DNA from: a virus
Direction: 5' to 3' (one strand)
Length of the DNA: 57,300 nucleotides
Virus record (IMG/VR): IMGVR_UViG_3300030521_000001
Location: 1-57,300 of that record
Of this stretch, positions 43,393-52,672 are shown piece by piece. Each line of letters begins with the position of its first letter. The stretch's first letter is position 1. The position numbers and the translations under genes are program-made. The notes beneath the pieces are model-generated. The model was not told where the DNA came from, did no database searches, and worked only from the letters and a program-made list of their open reading frames with translations.

Positions 43393-43913
43393 AACTCACC
43401 AGGGCTTTTCTTAGGTCTATCCTGCGGTACGAACCCGAGACTGGGCATTGGTACCGTGTGGTCAAGCGGTCTAACCAGCCTGCTGGTGCCAGGGCCGGGG
43501 CTAAAGGGCCTAAGGGGTATAACGTCGTTAAAGTCAATGGAGTTAATTATCGATCAGGCCGTCTGGCTTGGTTCTATATGACGGGCAAATGGCCCAAGCA
43601 CCAAGTGGACCACGAGAACCGAATTAATAACGACGATCGATGGGGTAATTTGCGGGATTTGACTAATCTACAGAACGCCAGGAACCGTTCGTATAAAATT
43701 GGAGCGTCTGGACACCGTGGGGTTCGTATTCACAAAAAGCGCTTCACTGCTGGCATTTATGACAAAGACGGCACGACAATTTATTTAGGTGTTTTTGATA
43801 AGAAAGAGCAAGCTGCAGAAGCCTGGCATAGGGCCTATCAACAGCTTTTCGGTCCTCCTGATTATTCCGCGATATCCGACTATGTGCAAGGAGCCATGTC
43901 ATGCGCAGCCTGA
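43389..43913 (+). CDS. HNH homing endonuclease with an AP2-like DNA-binding domain.
   Basis: 174 aa. GYNVVKVNGVNYRSGRLAWFYMTGKWPKHQVDHENRINNDDRWGNLRDLTNLQN (HNH_3 pattern), then HRGVRIHKKRFTAGIYDKDGTTIYLGVFDKKEQAAEAW (AP2 pattern). Confidence 0.75.
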   Translation: MKLTRAFLRSILRYEPETGHWYRVVKRSNQPAGARAGAKGPKGYNVVKVNGVNYRSGRLAWFYMTGKWPKHQVDHENRINNDDRWGNLRDLTNLQNARNRSYKIGASGHRGVRIHKKRFTAGIYDKDGTTIYLGVFDKKEQAAEAWHRAYQQLFGPPDYSAISDYVQGAMSCAA

Positions 43914-44044
43914 AGAAGCCCAAGAAGAAATCCGCCCTCAACGCCAAGACACCCGGCAAGCTGGGCAAGAAAGCCTCCGGCGAGCCGTCAGCGGCCCGGC
44001 CCTACGGCCACGGCAAGGACATGAAACTCGGCATGAGGAAATAG
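43901..44044 (+). CDS. Mini-ORF, Lys-rich (47 aa).
   Basis: Not in the ORF track. Sequence MRSLKKPKKKSALNAKTPGKLGKKASGEPSAARPYGHGKDMKLGMRK. Confidence 0.35.
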   Translation: MRSLKKPKKKSALNAKTPGKLGKKASGEPSAARPYGHGKDMKLGMRK

Positions 44045-44048
44045 GCCC

Positions 44049-44228
44049 ATGCCGCTCGACAAGAAGCCGACCAAGAAGGCCTTCAAAAAGAATGTGGAAA
44101 CCTTGATGAAGGAAGCCAAGGCCGGCACGTCGGAACACGTCAAGACACCGGCTCAGGCGCTGGCGGTGTCTTATTCAATCAAACGTCAGGCCCAGCGCAA
44201 AACTGAAAGGAAGAAATACAGTGAGTAA
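44049..44228 (+). CDS. Mini-ORF, Lys-rich (59 aa).
   Basis: Sequence MPLDKKPTKKAFKKNVETLMKEAKAGTSEHVKTPAQALAVSYSIKRQAQRKTERKKYSE. Resembles a widespread small basic protein family. Confidence 0.45.
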   Translation: MPLDKKPTKKAFKKNVETLMKEAKAGTSEHVKTPAQALAVSYSIKRQAQRKTERKKYSE

Positions 44229-44232
44229 GAAG

Positions 44233-44400
44233 ATGCACATTCCGTCCCGCACCAAGATGGGCCACATGACCGAAAAGGGCGAGATGTCCCGCGAGGAACA
44301 CCGCGAACATCACTGCTCGGACGGCCAACGCCATGCCGAGGGTCGGTTCAAGATCCAGCATGAAGAAGAGGCGCACGAGAAGCGCAACACCGGCAAGTAG
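44233..44400 (+). CDS. Mini-ORF, His/Glu/Lys-rich (55 aa).
   Basis: Sequence MHIPSRTKMGHMTEKGEMSREEHREHHCSDGQRHAEGRFKIQHEEEAHEKRNTGK. Confidence 0.4.
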   Translation: MHIPSRTKMGHMTEKGEMSREEHREHHCSDGQRHAEGRFKIQHEEEAHEKRNTGK

Positions 44401-44444
44401 GCCGGCGCCGTTCACTGAAACTGCTTTAGACAGGAGGCATAGTC

Positions 44445-44627
44445 GTGGCCAAGAATTGGATTAAGGGCGCAATCAAGAAGCCTGGGGCGCTCCACAAAGC
44501 GCTGGGGGTTAAGAAGGGGGAAAAGATCCCGGAAAAGAAACTGAAGAAGGCGGAACACTCGAAGAACAAGAAGATGGCGGCCCGAGCCCGGCTGGCTGAG
44601 GAACTCAAGGGGTTCAACAAGAAGTAA
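44445..44627 (+). CDS. Small Lys-rich protein (60 aa, GTG start).
   Basis: GACAGGAGG upstream. MAKNWIKGAIKKPGALHKALGVKKGEKIPEKKLKKA matches a common small phage/bacterial basic protein family. Confidence 0.5.
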   Translation: MAKNWIKGAIKKPGALHKALGVKKGEKIPEKKLKKAEHSKNKKMAARARLAEELKGFNKK

Positions 44628-44737
44628 CTTTTCTAGGAACTGAAGGTGTGGTTTATTGCGGCCATGACCGAACACGCGATCATAAGCCGGACGGAAGCCA
44701 AGGCGCAAGGGCTCAGGCGGTATTTACGGAGGGCTGC

Positions 44738-45124
44738 GTGACAGAAAGAACCGTGCGCGCAGTAGCTCGTAAGTTGGCCAGCGAGTTTTATACGCAGAGT
44801 GCCGGATGCTTGTTTGGGGACGCCCCAGAAGACCGGGATCGTTCGGCGCGATACCGTGCCACTTATCCCACTCTGGAACATTATTTAAAAGGCTATCAAG
44901 TCCTGCCCAACGGCAAGATCAAGATCGACCAACCAGGGTGGATTTATTTTATTAGTCTCGCAAGAGCGCGCCTCGTGCAGATGCTGCAGGACCCGAACTT
45001 GACACCCCATCTCAAGGAAGCTATTTATGCTTCGCTTCTTGAAGAACACGAAAAGTCGACGTCCCCCGCTGCGCAGGAAGTGTTACAGCGCCGATTGAAC
45101 AATGGAGTTTCCTTTGGCAGCTAA
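44738..45124 (+). CDS. Hypothetical protein (128 aa from GTG 44738; the ORF is open from 44648).
   Basis: GGAGGG upstream of GTG 44738. The 5' part of the long ORF overlaps a 25-codon ORF in another frame and looks non-coding. Confidence 0.4.
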   Translation: MTERTVRAVARKLASEFYTQSAGCLFGDAPEDRDRSARYRATYPTLEHYLKGYQVLPNGKIKIDQPGWIYFISLARARLVQMLQDPNLTPHLKEAIYASLLEEHEKSTSPAAQEVLQRRLNNGVSFGS

Positions 45125-45377
45125 ACTTCACAACAAGATCGTGCGCGGCAAGGGCGCCAAGGCCCAGAAGCCGATTCCGGTCAAGATCGTGTATGACAAG
45201 GAAACTGCATCCCACTTGTCCAAGCCTGGCGGCATGGACAAGTGGGAGGTGCAGGATGCCCTCCGCACCTTGCAGCGGGCGGAAGAGATTCGCGGTAACA
45301 AGGCCCTGATGAAAGCGGCTACGACCGAAGCCAAGGCCCAAATCAAAGCACTGTCGTCAGTGGGAGCTAAGAAATGA
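45102..45377 (+). CDS. Hypothetical head-module protein (91 aa).
   Basis: ORF with ATGA overlap to the scaffold gene. Confidence 0.5.
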   Translation: MEFPLAAKLHNKIVRGKGAKAQKPIPVKIVYDKETASHLSKPGGMDKWEVQDALRTLQRAEEIRGNKALMKAATTEAKAQIKALSSVGAKK

Positions 45378-46303
45378 TCGACCGTCTGCTACGCAACCGT
45401 TTCCTGAACACTGCAGCGTTCCTTATGGCGCCCCCCGATGACAAAAAGGCAGCCGACGACAAGGGGACGGATGGAGACAATAACGACGACACCGGGGGTG
45501 CTGACGGCGCGGGTGAAGGCGAAGGCGAACCGGAGGGCCAAGCCGAGGGCGGCGAAGGTGGTTCGGAAGGCGAGGGTGGCGACGATACAGGCGCCGAAGG
45601 CGAGGACGACGAACTAGCCGGCCTGACCCCCGAACTGCGCGCCAAGGTCGAGAAGCGCCTGGCCAAGGAAATCGGCTGGCGCGACCGTCAAATCGACCGT
45701 CTTCATGCCAAGAGGCGTTCCGCCGAACAGGACGTCGACGCCGCGCGCACCATCGTGGAGCGCCAGCCGGCCAAGAAGCCAGCAGCCCAGGGCGAACAGC
45801 AACTATACACCGAAGAAGAGGTCGAGCGTCGCGCACAGGTCAAGAACGCGCAGACCGCGTACGACGATGGCTGCACCGAGACCGACAGCAAGGGCAAGAA
45901 GTACTACGGCGACAAGTGGTCGTCGGCCACTGGCAAGCTGGCCAAGATGGGCGGCGTCACGGTTGACGACATGGTTGCGATCCTGGCCACCGACGAACCG
46001 GCCGTGGTGCTCTATTCACTGGCCAGCGACCCCGACGAATATGAACGCGTGATGCGGCTGCCCCCGGCCCGGCGTACGGCGGCGTTCGTCAAGCTGGGGC
46101 TCAAGGCACCACCGAGGGCCGTCAGCGAAGAACCTGAATCCAAGCGCCCCGGGGATAATCCGCCCCCGGTGCGGCCGTTGCAGGGCGGACGGCGCCAGGC
46201 CTCGCAGGTACGGGTCGACATCTACGACGACAAGGCCGACGACGACGCGTGGTACAAGCAGCGGAATGAGACGCGAAGGAAGAAGTTTACTAACGTCCAA
46301 TAA
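45374..46303 (+). CDS. Scaffolding protein candidate.
   Basis: 309 aa. Highly acidic Gly/Glu/Asp low-complexity N-terminal region followed by coiled-coil-type helices. Upstream of the capsid gene. Confidence 0.6.
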   Translation: MIDRLLRNRFLNTAAFLMAPPDDKKAADDKGTDGDNNDDTGGADGAGEGEGEPEGQAEGGEGGSEGEGGDDTGAEGEDDELAGLTPELRAKVEKRLAKEIGWRDRQIDRLHAKRRSAEQDVDAARTIVERQPAKKPAAQGEQQLYTEEEVERRAQVKNAQTAYDDGCTETDSKGKKYYGDKWSSATGKLAKMGGVTVDDMVAILATDEPAVVLYSLASDPDEYERVMRLPPARRTAAFVKLGLKAPPRAVSEEPESKRPGDNPPPVRPLQGGRRQASQVRVDIYDDKADDDAWYKQRNETRRKKFTNVQ

Positions 46304-46315
46304 GGATAGCGGAAC

Positions 46316-46951
46316 TTGCCGAGTAAAGACCCAGAAGTTAAGAAGAGAGCGCAGAAGCGGTATCGCGAAAGCGTGAAGGGTCGTGCCCGACGTAAGGTCA
46401 TGAAAGCCGCGTGGGACAAATCAGCTAGGGGCAAAGCTTTAAAGGCTGAAAGCGACAAGAAGTGGAGGAAGACTGCCACATATAAAGCCTTGGCCGCTGA
46501 AAAGATGCGCAACTGGCGGCAGAAGCGTAAGGCTTGGCTCCGCGAAATAAAATCTAAATTAAGTTGCGCCGAATGTGGTTTTGATAAACATCCGGCTGCT
46601 CTGCAGTTTCATCATTTGGGAGACAAAATCGACGGCGTTACCAAATTAGTGTGTAATACTAGTAAGAGTTACGCATTCATTCGGGAAGAAATGGCAAAGT
46701 GCGTCGTGCTGTGTGCCAATTGTCATTTGATCCTACATGATGAAGAGCATGAAGACCGCGTCCGGGCGCGAGACATGTACCCGTGGTCGCCTTCCAAGTC
46801 TGAGGAGAGACTGAGGCCCTCTCCGAACCAGAACGCCCAGCGGGTGAAAAGGCCGGGCATTCGACTTGGAAAAGGTACCTCAAATGGCAAATCAGTTGCT
46901 GACTATAAGCATGATCACGAGGGAGGCAATTCCACTCTTCGTCAACTCTAA
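46316..46951 (+). CDS. HNH endonuclease inserted between the scaffold and capsid genes (TTG start).
   Basis: Basic N-terminal half, then CAECGFDKHPAALQFHHLGDKIDGV....IREEMAKCVVLCANCHLILH (CxxC...HH...CxxCH). The 3' end overlaps the capsid start. Confidence 0.75.
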   Translation: MPSKDPEVKKRAQKRYRESVKGRARRKVMKAAWDKSARGKALKAESDKKWRKTATYKALAAEKMRNWRQKRKAWLREIKSKLSCAECGFDKHPAALQFHHLGDKIDGVTKLVCNTSKSYAFIREEMAKCVVLCANCHLILHDEEHEDRVRARDMYPWSPSKSEERLRPSPNQNAQRVKRPGIRLGKGTSNGKSVADYKHDHEGGNSTLRQL

Positions 46952-48092
46952 CGCTTTCCTGAAGAACCTCAACCGGCAGTATGACAACGAGTTCGGCAAG
47001 AACGGCGAGAAGATCGGTTCGCAACTCCGAATCCGTCTGCCGAATGACTACACCGTCACGGACGGTCCGGCGCTATCGGTTCAGGACACCGCCGAACAGC
47101 AGACCGTGCTCACGATGTCGTTCCAGAAGCACGTCGACGTTTCGTTCAATTCGGTCGACATGCTGCTGTCGCTCGACGACTTCTCGGAGCGTATCCTGCT
47201 TCCGATGATGAACAACCTGTCCGGCAAAGTGTCGGCCAGCATCATGGCGGCCAACGCCGAGGCCCTGTGCAACATCTCGGCCAACCTGGACGGCGCCAAC
47301 AACGTCCTGACGCCGACCGACGCCACTTACCTGGACGCCAAGGCCACGCTGGACATCAACTCGGCGCCCCCGGTCCGACACAAGATCATCAACGACCCCC
47401 GCACCGAGGCACGCGTCGTCAGTTCACTTACCGGTCTGCTCAACCCGTCCACCGCGATCTCGGACCAGTACTACGAGGGCGTGATGTACCGGGCGCTCAA
47501 CGCGCTGTGGTTCTCGGACGCGCTCACCATCAAGCACGTGGCGGGGTCGTTTACTGCGGGCACCGTCAACGGCGCTGGCCAGACCGGGCCTACCCTGGTC
47601 GTCAACGCCATCACCGGAACGCTACTGGTCGGGGATATCGTCACCGTCGCCGGCACCATCGCGGTGAACCGCGTCGCCAAGAGTACCACGGGCGAACTCC
47701 GTCAACTCGTGATCCTGACCAACGCGGCCAACGCGGCGACTTCGCTCAACGTTTACCCGTCGATTATCCCGTCTGCAGGCGGCAACGACGTCCAGTATCA
47801 GACCGTCGTCGCTTCGCCGGCCAACGGTGCGGCGATCTCGCTCTACACCAACCCTGGCGTCACTTACCGCAAGAACTTCCGCTACGTGCCCGAAGCCATT
47901 ACGATGGCGACCGGCGACCTGCCGATGCCCGAAAACAAGATCACGGCGCGGCACCGCTACGACAACGTCTCGATGCGTTACGTCGCGGACTACATCATTG
48001 GGACCGACCAGCGGGCGTCGCGTCTCGACGTACTGTTCGGGTCGCTGACGACGCGTCCGGAATGGGGGTGTGTCGTACCTGACAAGGTCTGA
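46884..48092 (+). CDS. Major capsid protein (P22 coat-protein family).
   Basis: 402 aa from ATG 46884. ITREAIPLFVNSNAFLKNLNRQYDNEFGKNGEKIGSQLRIRLPNDYTVTDGPALSVQD...QKHVDVSFNSVDMLLSLDDFSERILLPMMNNL follows the P22-coat consensus. Followed by a strong terminator. Confidence 0.8.
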   Translation: MANQLLTISMITREAIPLFVNSNAFLKNLNRQYDNEFGKNGEKIGSQLRIRLPNDYTVTDGPALSVQDTAEQQTVLTMSFQKHVDVSFNSVDMLLSLDDFSERILLPMMNNLSGKVSASIMAANAEALCNISANLDGANNVLTPTDATYLDAKATLDINSAPPVRHKIINDPRTEARVVSSLTGLLNPSTAISDQYYEGVMYRALNALWFSDALTIKHVAGSFTAGTVNGAGQTGPTLVVNAITGTLLVGDIVTVAGTIAVNRVAKSTTGELRQLVILTNAANAATSLNVYPSIIPSAGGNDVQYQTVVASPANGAAISLYTNPGVTYRKNFRYVPEAITMATGDLPMPENKITARHRYDNVSMRYVADYIIGTDQRASRLDVLFGSLTTRPEWGCVVPDKV

Positions 48093-48119
48093 TGCATTTA
48101 CGCATCCTCCCTTAAACTT

Positions 48120-48152
48120 CCCCACCGGACCACACCCGGTGGGGCTTTTTAT
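48120..48152 (+). terminator. Rho-independent terminator after the capsid gene.
   Basis: CCCCACCGG-accacac-CCGGTGGGG followed by CTTTTTATT. Confidence 0.8.
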
Positions 48153-48180
48153 TAGGAAATTTTAAACAGGAGAGACCGAC

Positions 48181-48546
48181 ATGAAGAACCTGGGAGTCAA
48201 GGAAGCCGCTGAAGCCATCCGGTCGACCGTCGACGCGGCCGTGTTGCCGCCCGAGGAAGCGCACCAGATGCGGTTCCTGCAGGGCGTCTGTGGCGAACTC
48301 GGCATCGATCATACCAACCCGGAAAACCTCCACCGGGTGGCCCACGCCCTGCAGCAACACGACATTGCGATCCACGAGGGACATGAGTTCCCGAAGTGGG
48401 TCGGCGAAGGTAGCGCGGCCGTCGTGGTCAACGACGCGGCCGAGGAAGAGGCGTACCACGCCAAAATGAACCCGCCCCCGGCCGAGGAAAAGCCGGCCGA
48501 ACTGGCGGAAGCCGAAGCCAAGCTCACCGATCACCACACGGCGTAA
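48181..48546 (+). CDS. Hypothetical head protein (121 aa).
   Basis: AACAGGAGAGACCGAC upstream of the ATG. Acidic, Ala/Glu-rich C-terminus. Confidence 0.55.
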   Translation: MKNLGVKEAAEAIRSTVDAAVLPPEEAHQMRFLQGVCGELGIDHTNPENLHRVAHALQQHDIAIHEGHEFPKWVGEGSAAVVVNDAAEEEAYHAKMNPPPAEEKPAELAEAEAKLTDHHTA

Positions 48547-48578
48547 TTCCTACGCCGTCAGCATAAGGTAGACCTCCT

Positions 48579-49130
48579 ATGGTTCAAGTTTCTGACGTCA
48601 AACTGTCGGCGCGCAGTCGTGCGCGCCACGAGGAGAGCAACAACCAGCAGCGCCAGGCGAAGCCCCACGATATCCGGGGCGTGATCCCGCTGGTTGACTA
48701 TACCAACCCGGCCAAGTTTCCGCCGTACATCTTCCGTGAATATCCCAAGATGCCGCTGCTCGACGGCAACAAGCCGATCGTGATTGACGAATCTGGGGGC
48801 GTGCTGGTGTTCTATGACGCGGCCGACGAAGTCGAGTTCAAGGACATGAACCCGGAAGTCGCCGATGAGATCGACCGCAACGCGCCGGTTAAGCAAATGT
48901 CGGAGCGTTACGCCGAACTCGAAGGCGAAGTCGAGAAGCTGAAGCGCAAGCTGATCGAGGCGGGCATCGAGCCGGACGAGCCGAAGCGCGGCGGGGGTCT
49001 GGCCACTATTGTGCGAGCCAACGACGCGGACGACGAACCCGGCCTCAAGGAGCAAGTCCGCGCGGCGGCCGACAAGGCCCAGACGACCAGCCTCCCGAGA
49101 TCCAACCCGCTGAAAAAGGCGAAGCAGTAA
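48579..49130 (+). CDS. Hypothetical head/neck protein (183 aa).
   Basis: ORF in the late operon, with a coiled segment (ERYAELEGEVEKLKRKLIEAG). Confidence 0.5.
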   Translation: MVQVSDVKLSARSRARHEESNNQQRQAKPHDIRGVIPLVDYTNPAKFPPYIFREYPKMPLLDGNKPIVIDESGGVLVFYDAADEVEFKDMNPEVADEIDRNAPVKQMSERYAELEGEVEKLKRKLIEAGIEPDEPKRGGGLATIVRANDADDEPGLKEQVRAAADKAQTTSLPRSNPLKKAKQ

Positions 49131-49133
49131 CAG

Positions 49134-49877
49134 ATGGCCACCACTGGTCTAAGCATTGTCAGTCAGTCGTTGTTCAAGGCCGGTATTACCGGGCGGGGTA
49201 TTACGCCCAGCAATGCTGACACCCAGGACGCTCTGGCGGACCTGAACGACATGCTTGACCAGTGGTCGACCGACCGTTACCTGGTGTGGCACGAACTCAA
49301 CATGGGGTTTGTCAGTGATGGTAGGATCACGCCCTATACGGTGGGACCGGGGGGTGATTACAACTTTACATCGGTCCCCAACCGTGTTTATTCAGCTTTC
49401 GTGCGCCAGCTTCAGAACACTGGCAATCTTACGGTCGACACTCCGCTTCGGATAATCGATGCTCGCGAGGAGTACGACCGCATCAACACCAAGTCGCTGG
49501 CGTCGTTCCCCGAGGCCGTGTTTCTGGACACTAAGTTGCCGCTGGGGCAGCTTTACGTCTACCCGTGGCCGTCGCCGGCCGGTCAGTACGCAGTGTACCT
49601 GACGGTTAAGGACGTAATTCCGGTAATAACCCTGGCGACCGACATGAGCGCGCTACCCAAGGGTTATAACGCGGCGATGAAGTTCAATTTGGCGCGGCGG
49701 TTGCGACAAGGCTACGGTAAAGGCATGAAGCCGGATCGCGAACTAAATTTGCTGGCTAATAACGCGCTCGACACCATCATGAGCGCTAACACGCAAATAC
49801 CGGAGGCCGGAATGCCTCCGTCGTTACTACAACGAGGCTCGGGTTATAATATCTACTCGGACCAGTTCGGGAATTGA
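49134..49877 (+). CDS. Head-to-tail adaptor (P22 gp4-like or tail-tubular-A-like) candidate.
   Basis: 247 aa. N-terminal IVSQSLFKAGITGRGITPSNADTQDALADLNDMLDQWSTDRYLVW pattern, typical of podovirus adaptor proteins. Position upstream of the gp10-like gene. Confidence 0.4.
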   Translation: MATTGLSIVSQSLFKAGITGRGITPSNADTQDALADLNDMLDQWSTDRYLVWHELNMGFVSDGRITPYTVGPGGDYNFTSVPNRVYSAFVRQLQNTGNLTVDTPLRIIDAREEYDRINTKSLASFPEAVFLDTKLPLGQLYVYPWPSPAGQYAVYLTVKDVIPVITLATDMSALPKGYNAAMKFNLARRLRQGYGKGMKPDRELNLLANNALDTIMSANTQIPEAGMPPSLLQRGSGYNIYSDQFGN

Positions 49878-49907
49878 ACACTACCCCCTAGACAAGGAGA
49901 CTGAAAA

Positions 49908-50570
49908 ATGGCTGTCAATCAAGTAGGTACCCCTCCGAACCCGTTGCGCCGGTTCTCGATGATCGACCAGTCCTGGCTAGCTGCCGTGATGTCGGGCGTC
50001 AATACGCTACCCTCGACCATCAATACGCAGTTCGGCAATAGTCTAGCTACTTTTCTGGAAGAGGGTAACGTCAATCGCCAGGTACCCGGCGTTACTGGCG
50101 CATTGAAGCCCGGCGCCACCGGCGCCGATAACGTCATCGCAGCATATTCGCTGCCGGCCAATGCGTTTGATCAAGTGGGGCGTGGTCTGACCTTCACTGC
50201 TGCCGGCAACTTTGCCGCCAACGGCAACACCAAGCAATGTAAGCTAATCGTCAATCCGGCCAGTGCCGTGATTGGTGCGACGGTGGGCGCGGGCGGTATC
50301 ACTATTGCTGATACTGCGGCCGTCACTCAGAACAGCGGCGCCTGGGTGCTGATGGGTTCGTTGTTCAAGCGCGGTATTCTGGGTTCAAATACCCAGGTAG
50401 CCGTCCCGGGCGGCGTCGTTCTGTCCGGCTCGCACATCGGCGCCACCAACCTGTGCCAGGAAGTAACCGCGACCGAGAGCGGGGCCATCCTGATCGCCGT
50501 CACCGGCAACGCAACCACAGCGGTAACGGACATTTTGCTGGCGTTCTTCGAAGTCAACGCGATGAATTGA
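49908..50570 (+). CDS. Virion structural protein (220 aa), beta-rich.
   Basis: GACAAGGAGACTGAAAA upstream of the ATG. Gly/Ala/Thr/Asn-rich beta-type sequence. Confidence 0.5.
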   Translation: MAVNQVGTPPNPLRRFSMIDQSWLAAVMSGVNTLPSTINTQFGNSLATFLEEGNVNRQVPGVTGALKPGATGADNVIAAYSLPANAFDQVGRGLTFTAAGNFAANGNTKQCKLIVNPASAVIGATVGAGGITIADTAAVTQNSGAWVLMGSLFKRGILGSNTQVAVPGGVVLSGSHIGATNLCQEVTATESGAILIAVTGNATTAVTDILLAFFEVNAMN

Positions 50571-50577
50571 GGGCGAC

Positions 50578-52032
50578 GTGGAAGGCATACCGCTGCTGTC
50601 AGGCGCGTATCAAGCGAAGTCGGTGATCGCGTCTGCGCAGCGGTGTATCAATCTATACCTCGAAAACAACCCGGCCAACGTCAAGGCCCCGATGCCTACG
50701 ACGCATTACCAGCGTCCAGGTAGAGTGGCCAAATTCACGCCCCCCGGGCTGGGGGCCGGTCGGGGCATGTACAAGGCCTCTAACGGCAATCTGTTTGCCG
50801 TGGTCAATGACACCGTATATTTTATCAATCAGGTATTTGGCTTTAACGTACTGGGTAATATCGTTGCTGGCAGCAATCCGGTATCGATGGCGGACAATGG
50901 CGCCACGGGGGGTGCTGAACTGGCGCTGGTGGATGGCACCACAACGGGTTATTCCATCAACATGAACACCTACGCGTTCGGCCCTATAGTTGACGCGTCA
51001 GGATTGTTCACCGGGGCTGATGTCGCCAAGTACCTGGAGACGTTCTTTATTTTCAACACGGTGCCCAATACCCAGAATTTTATAATTTCCCAGCCCAATT
51101 CGTTGACGTTCAATGCGCTTGACGTCGCAGCCAAGGCTGCCTATGCGGATGACCTGATCACGCTAGGTATACGGTCCAAGGAATTGTGGCTATTGGGCAA
51201 CAACAATTCCACCGAACCGTGGATCTTGTCCGGCGCGCTTGACTTCCCGTTCGAGGCGATGCCATCCACGTTTATTCCGTACGGCAATGCAGCCAAATAC
51301 TCGCTGGTGTTCGCCGACGTAGCACTGTACTGGATCTCGACCAACGACCAGGGCCGCGCGGTCTTCATCAAGACCGAGGGTTACGTCCCCAAGCGCATCT
51401 CGACCTACGCCATTGAAAAACTGGTGCAGGGCTTCGGCACCATTACCGACGCCATCGGGCAAGCGTTTCAGATAGAGGGTCACACGTTCATTTTGTGGCA
51501 TTTTCCCACTGCTGATGTGACGCTGGTCTATGACCAGGCCACTGAGCAATGGGCGCAGTGGGGTTATACAGACAACGACGGAGTGCTACATCGCGACCGG
51601 GCCTGTTTTTATGCGTCGGCTTACGGCATGAACTTGGCACAGGATTGGCAGACTGGAGTGATCTATCAGGTGAGCGGAGATTTGGTCGATGACGACGGTC
51701 AACCCATCGTAAAGATCCGGGGATTTCCGGTGCTACAGAAGGAGCTTAATCGTATCACGCACAATGCATTGCGCGCCTATATGGACACTGGCACTGAACC
51801 CGACCCCAACGCAGATCCGCCGCAAGTGTCGCTGAACATCAGTGACGACGGGGGGCATTCGTGGTATAACCCGATTGAAGCGCCACTGGGCGCGCAGGGG
51901 GAATACGACACCGTGGCGCAGTGGACCCGGCTGGGTATGGCCCGCAATCGGGTATACGAACTACAGTGGTCGGACAAGCTACAGACTGCGTTGAATGGGG
52001 TCTATGTCGACGGTGAGGAGGCGGAGACGTGA
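50578..52032 (+). CDS. Tail hub/packaged-DNA stabilisation protein (P22 gp10-like) candidate, GTG start.
   Basis: 484 aa. SGAYQAKSVIASAQRCINLYLE...PGL.. at the N-terminus and ISDDGGHSWYNP...GEYDTVAQWTRLGMARNRVYELQWSD at the C-terminus, as in phage stabilisation (beta-propeller) proteins. Confidence 0.45.
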   Translation: MEGIPLLSGAYQAKSVIASAQRCINLYLENNPANVKAPMPTTHYQRPGRVAKFTPPGLGAGRGMYKASNGNLFAVVNDTVYFINQVFGFNVLGNIVAGSNPVSMADNGATGGAELALVDGTTTGYSINMNTYAFGPIVDASGLFTGADVAKYLETFFIFNTVPNTQNFIISQPNSLTFNALDVAAKAAYADDLITLGIRSKELWLLGNNNSTEPWILSGALDFPFEAMPSTFIPYGNAAKYSLVFADVALYWISTNDQGRAVFIKTEGYVPKRISTYAIEKLVQGFGTITDAIGQAFQIEGHTFILWHFPTADVTLVYDQATEQWAQWGYTDNDGVLHRDRACFYASAYGMNLAQDWQTGVIYQVSGDLVDDDGQPIVKIRGFPVLQKELNRITHNALRAYMDTGTEPDPNADPPQVSLNISDDGGHSWYNPIEAPLGAQGEYDTVAQWTRLGMARNRVYELQWSDKLQTALNGVYVDGEEAET

Positions 52033-52226
52033 TCATCATGTCCGCCCAGAACAAGCGTCGCAAGCTGTACGCCGAACAAATCGAAGGCACCGACGAGTTT
52101 ATTTTGTCAGTGTTTCCGGACGTCGGGTCTGGCAGCTACCGGCCCGTGATGCGACTTAATTCCAGGCAGGAAGTTGAACAGGAAGCAATGCAACGTGGTT
52201 GCGAGGTGGTATGGTCAACCAGTTAA
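52029..52226 (+). CDS. Hypothetical protein (65 aa).
   Basis: 4-nt overlap (GTGA) with the upstream gene, GTG start. Confidence 0.45.
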   Translation: MIIMSAQNKRRKLYAEQIEGTDEFILSVFPDVGSGSYRPVMRLNSRQEVEQEAMQRGCEVVWSTS

Positions 52227-52669
52227 ACCAGGTTCCATCTAGCCTTGAGCCGATCTCCACTTTCGGCAGCGCCAGCGTACCTACGGTAGTCAAGCCGGAA
52301 TGGTACAAATTTTTTGTGTCAGTATCGTCGGTGCTGCAAAACTTGATCGGAGGCGTGTTGGGGTTCACCTCCAACAACGCGGTGACTGCGGCCGGCGCCG
52401 CGCAGGGCACCGCTACCGTGCTGGCTGCCGAGTGGTCAGTGATAACTGTGGGCGCGATCAATACCGGCGTGCTACTGCGAGCGTTCGGGCAGGGTACGAT
52501 GTCGACGGTGTTTAACCAGAGTGGCACCACCAAGAAAATCTATCCACCCACAGGCGGGCAAATCGATGCTTTGGGGCCTAATGCGGCCTACTCCTTGGGC
52601 AATGCTAAGCAGCAAACCTTCAGTCAAATCAGCCCCACGCAGTGGCTGTCAACAATATTGGGACCGTAG
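52211..52669 (+). CDS. Virion structural protein (152 aa; alternative TTG start at 52199).
   Basis: ORF in the tail module, beta-rich. Confidence 0.5.
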   Translation: MVNQLNQVPSSLEPISTFGSASVPTVVKPEWYKFFVSVSSVLQNLIGGVLGFTSNNAVTAAGAAQGTATVLAAEWSVITVGAINTGVLLRAFGQGTMSTVFNQSGTTKKIYPPTGGQIDALGPNAAYSLGNAKQQTFSQISPTQWLSTILGP

Positions 52670-52672
52670 AAT

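Noticed and set aside
44664-44741. Possible programmed frameshift or pseudogene. A 25-codon ORF (MTEHAIISRTEAKAQGLRRYLRRAA) would give ..RRY-FTEGCVTERTV.. after a -1 shift into the 44648-45124 frame, reminiscent of the RYFTG.PC..GH Zn-ribbon motif seen in the 28342 gene.
   Set aside because: There is no canonical slippery heptamer at the junction (GGTATTTAC). The downstream motif lacks the conserved PC..GH residues. The GTGA stop/start coupling at 44738-44741 gives a simpler explanation.
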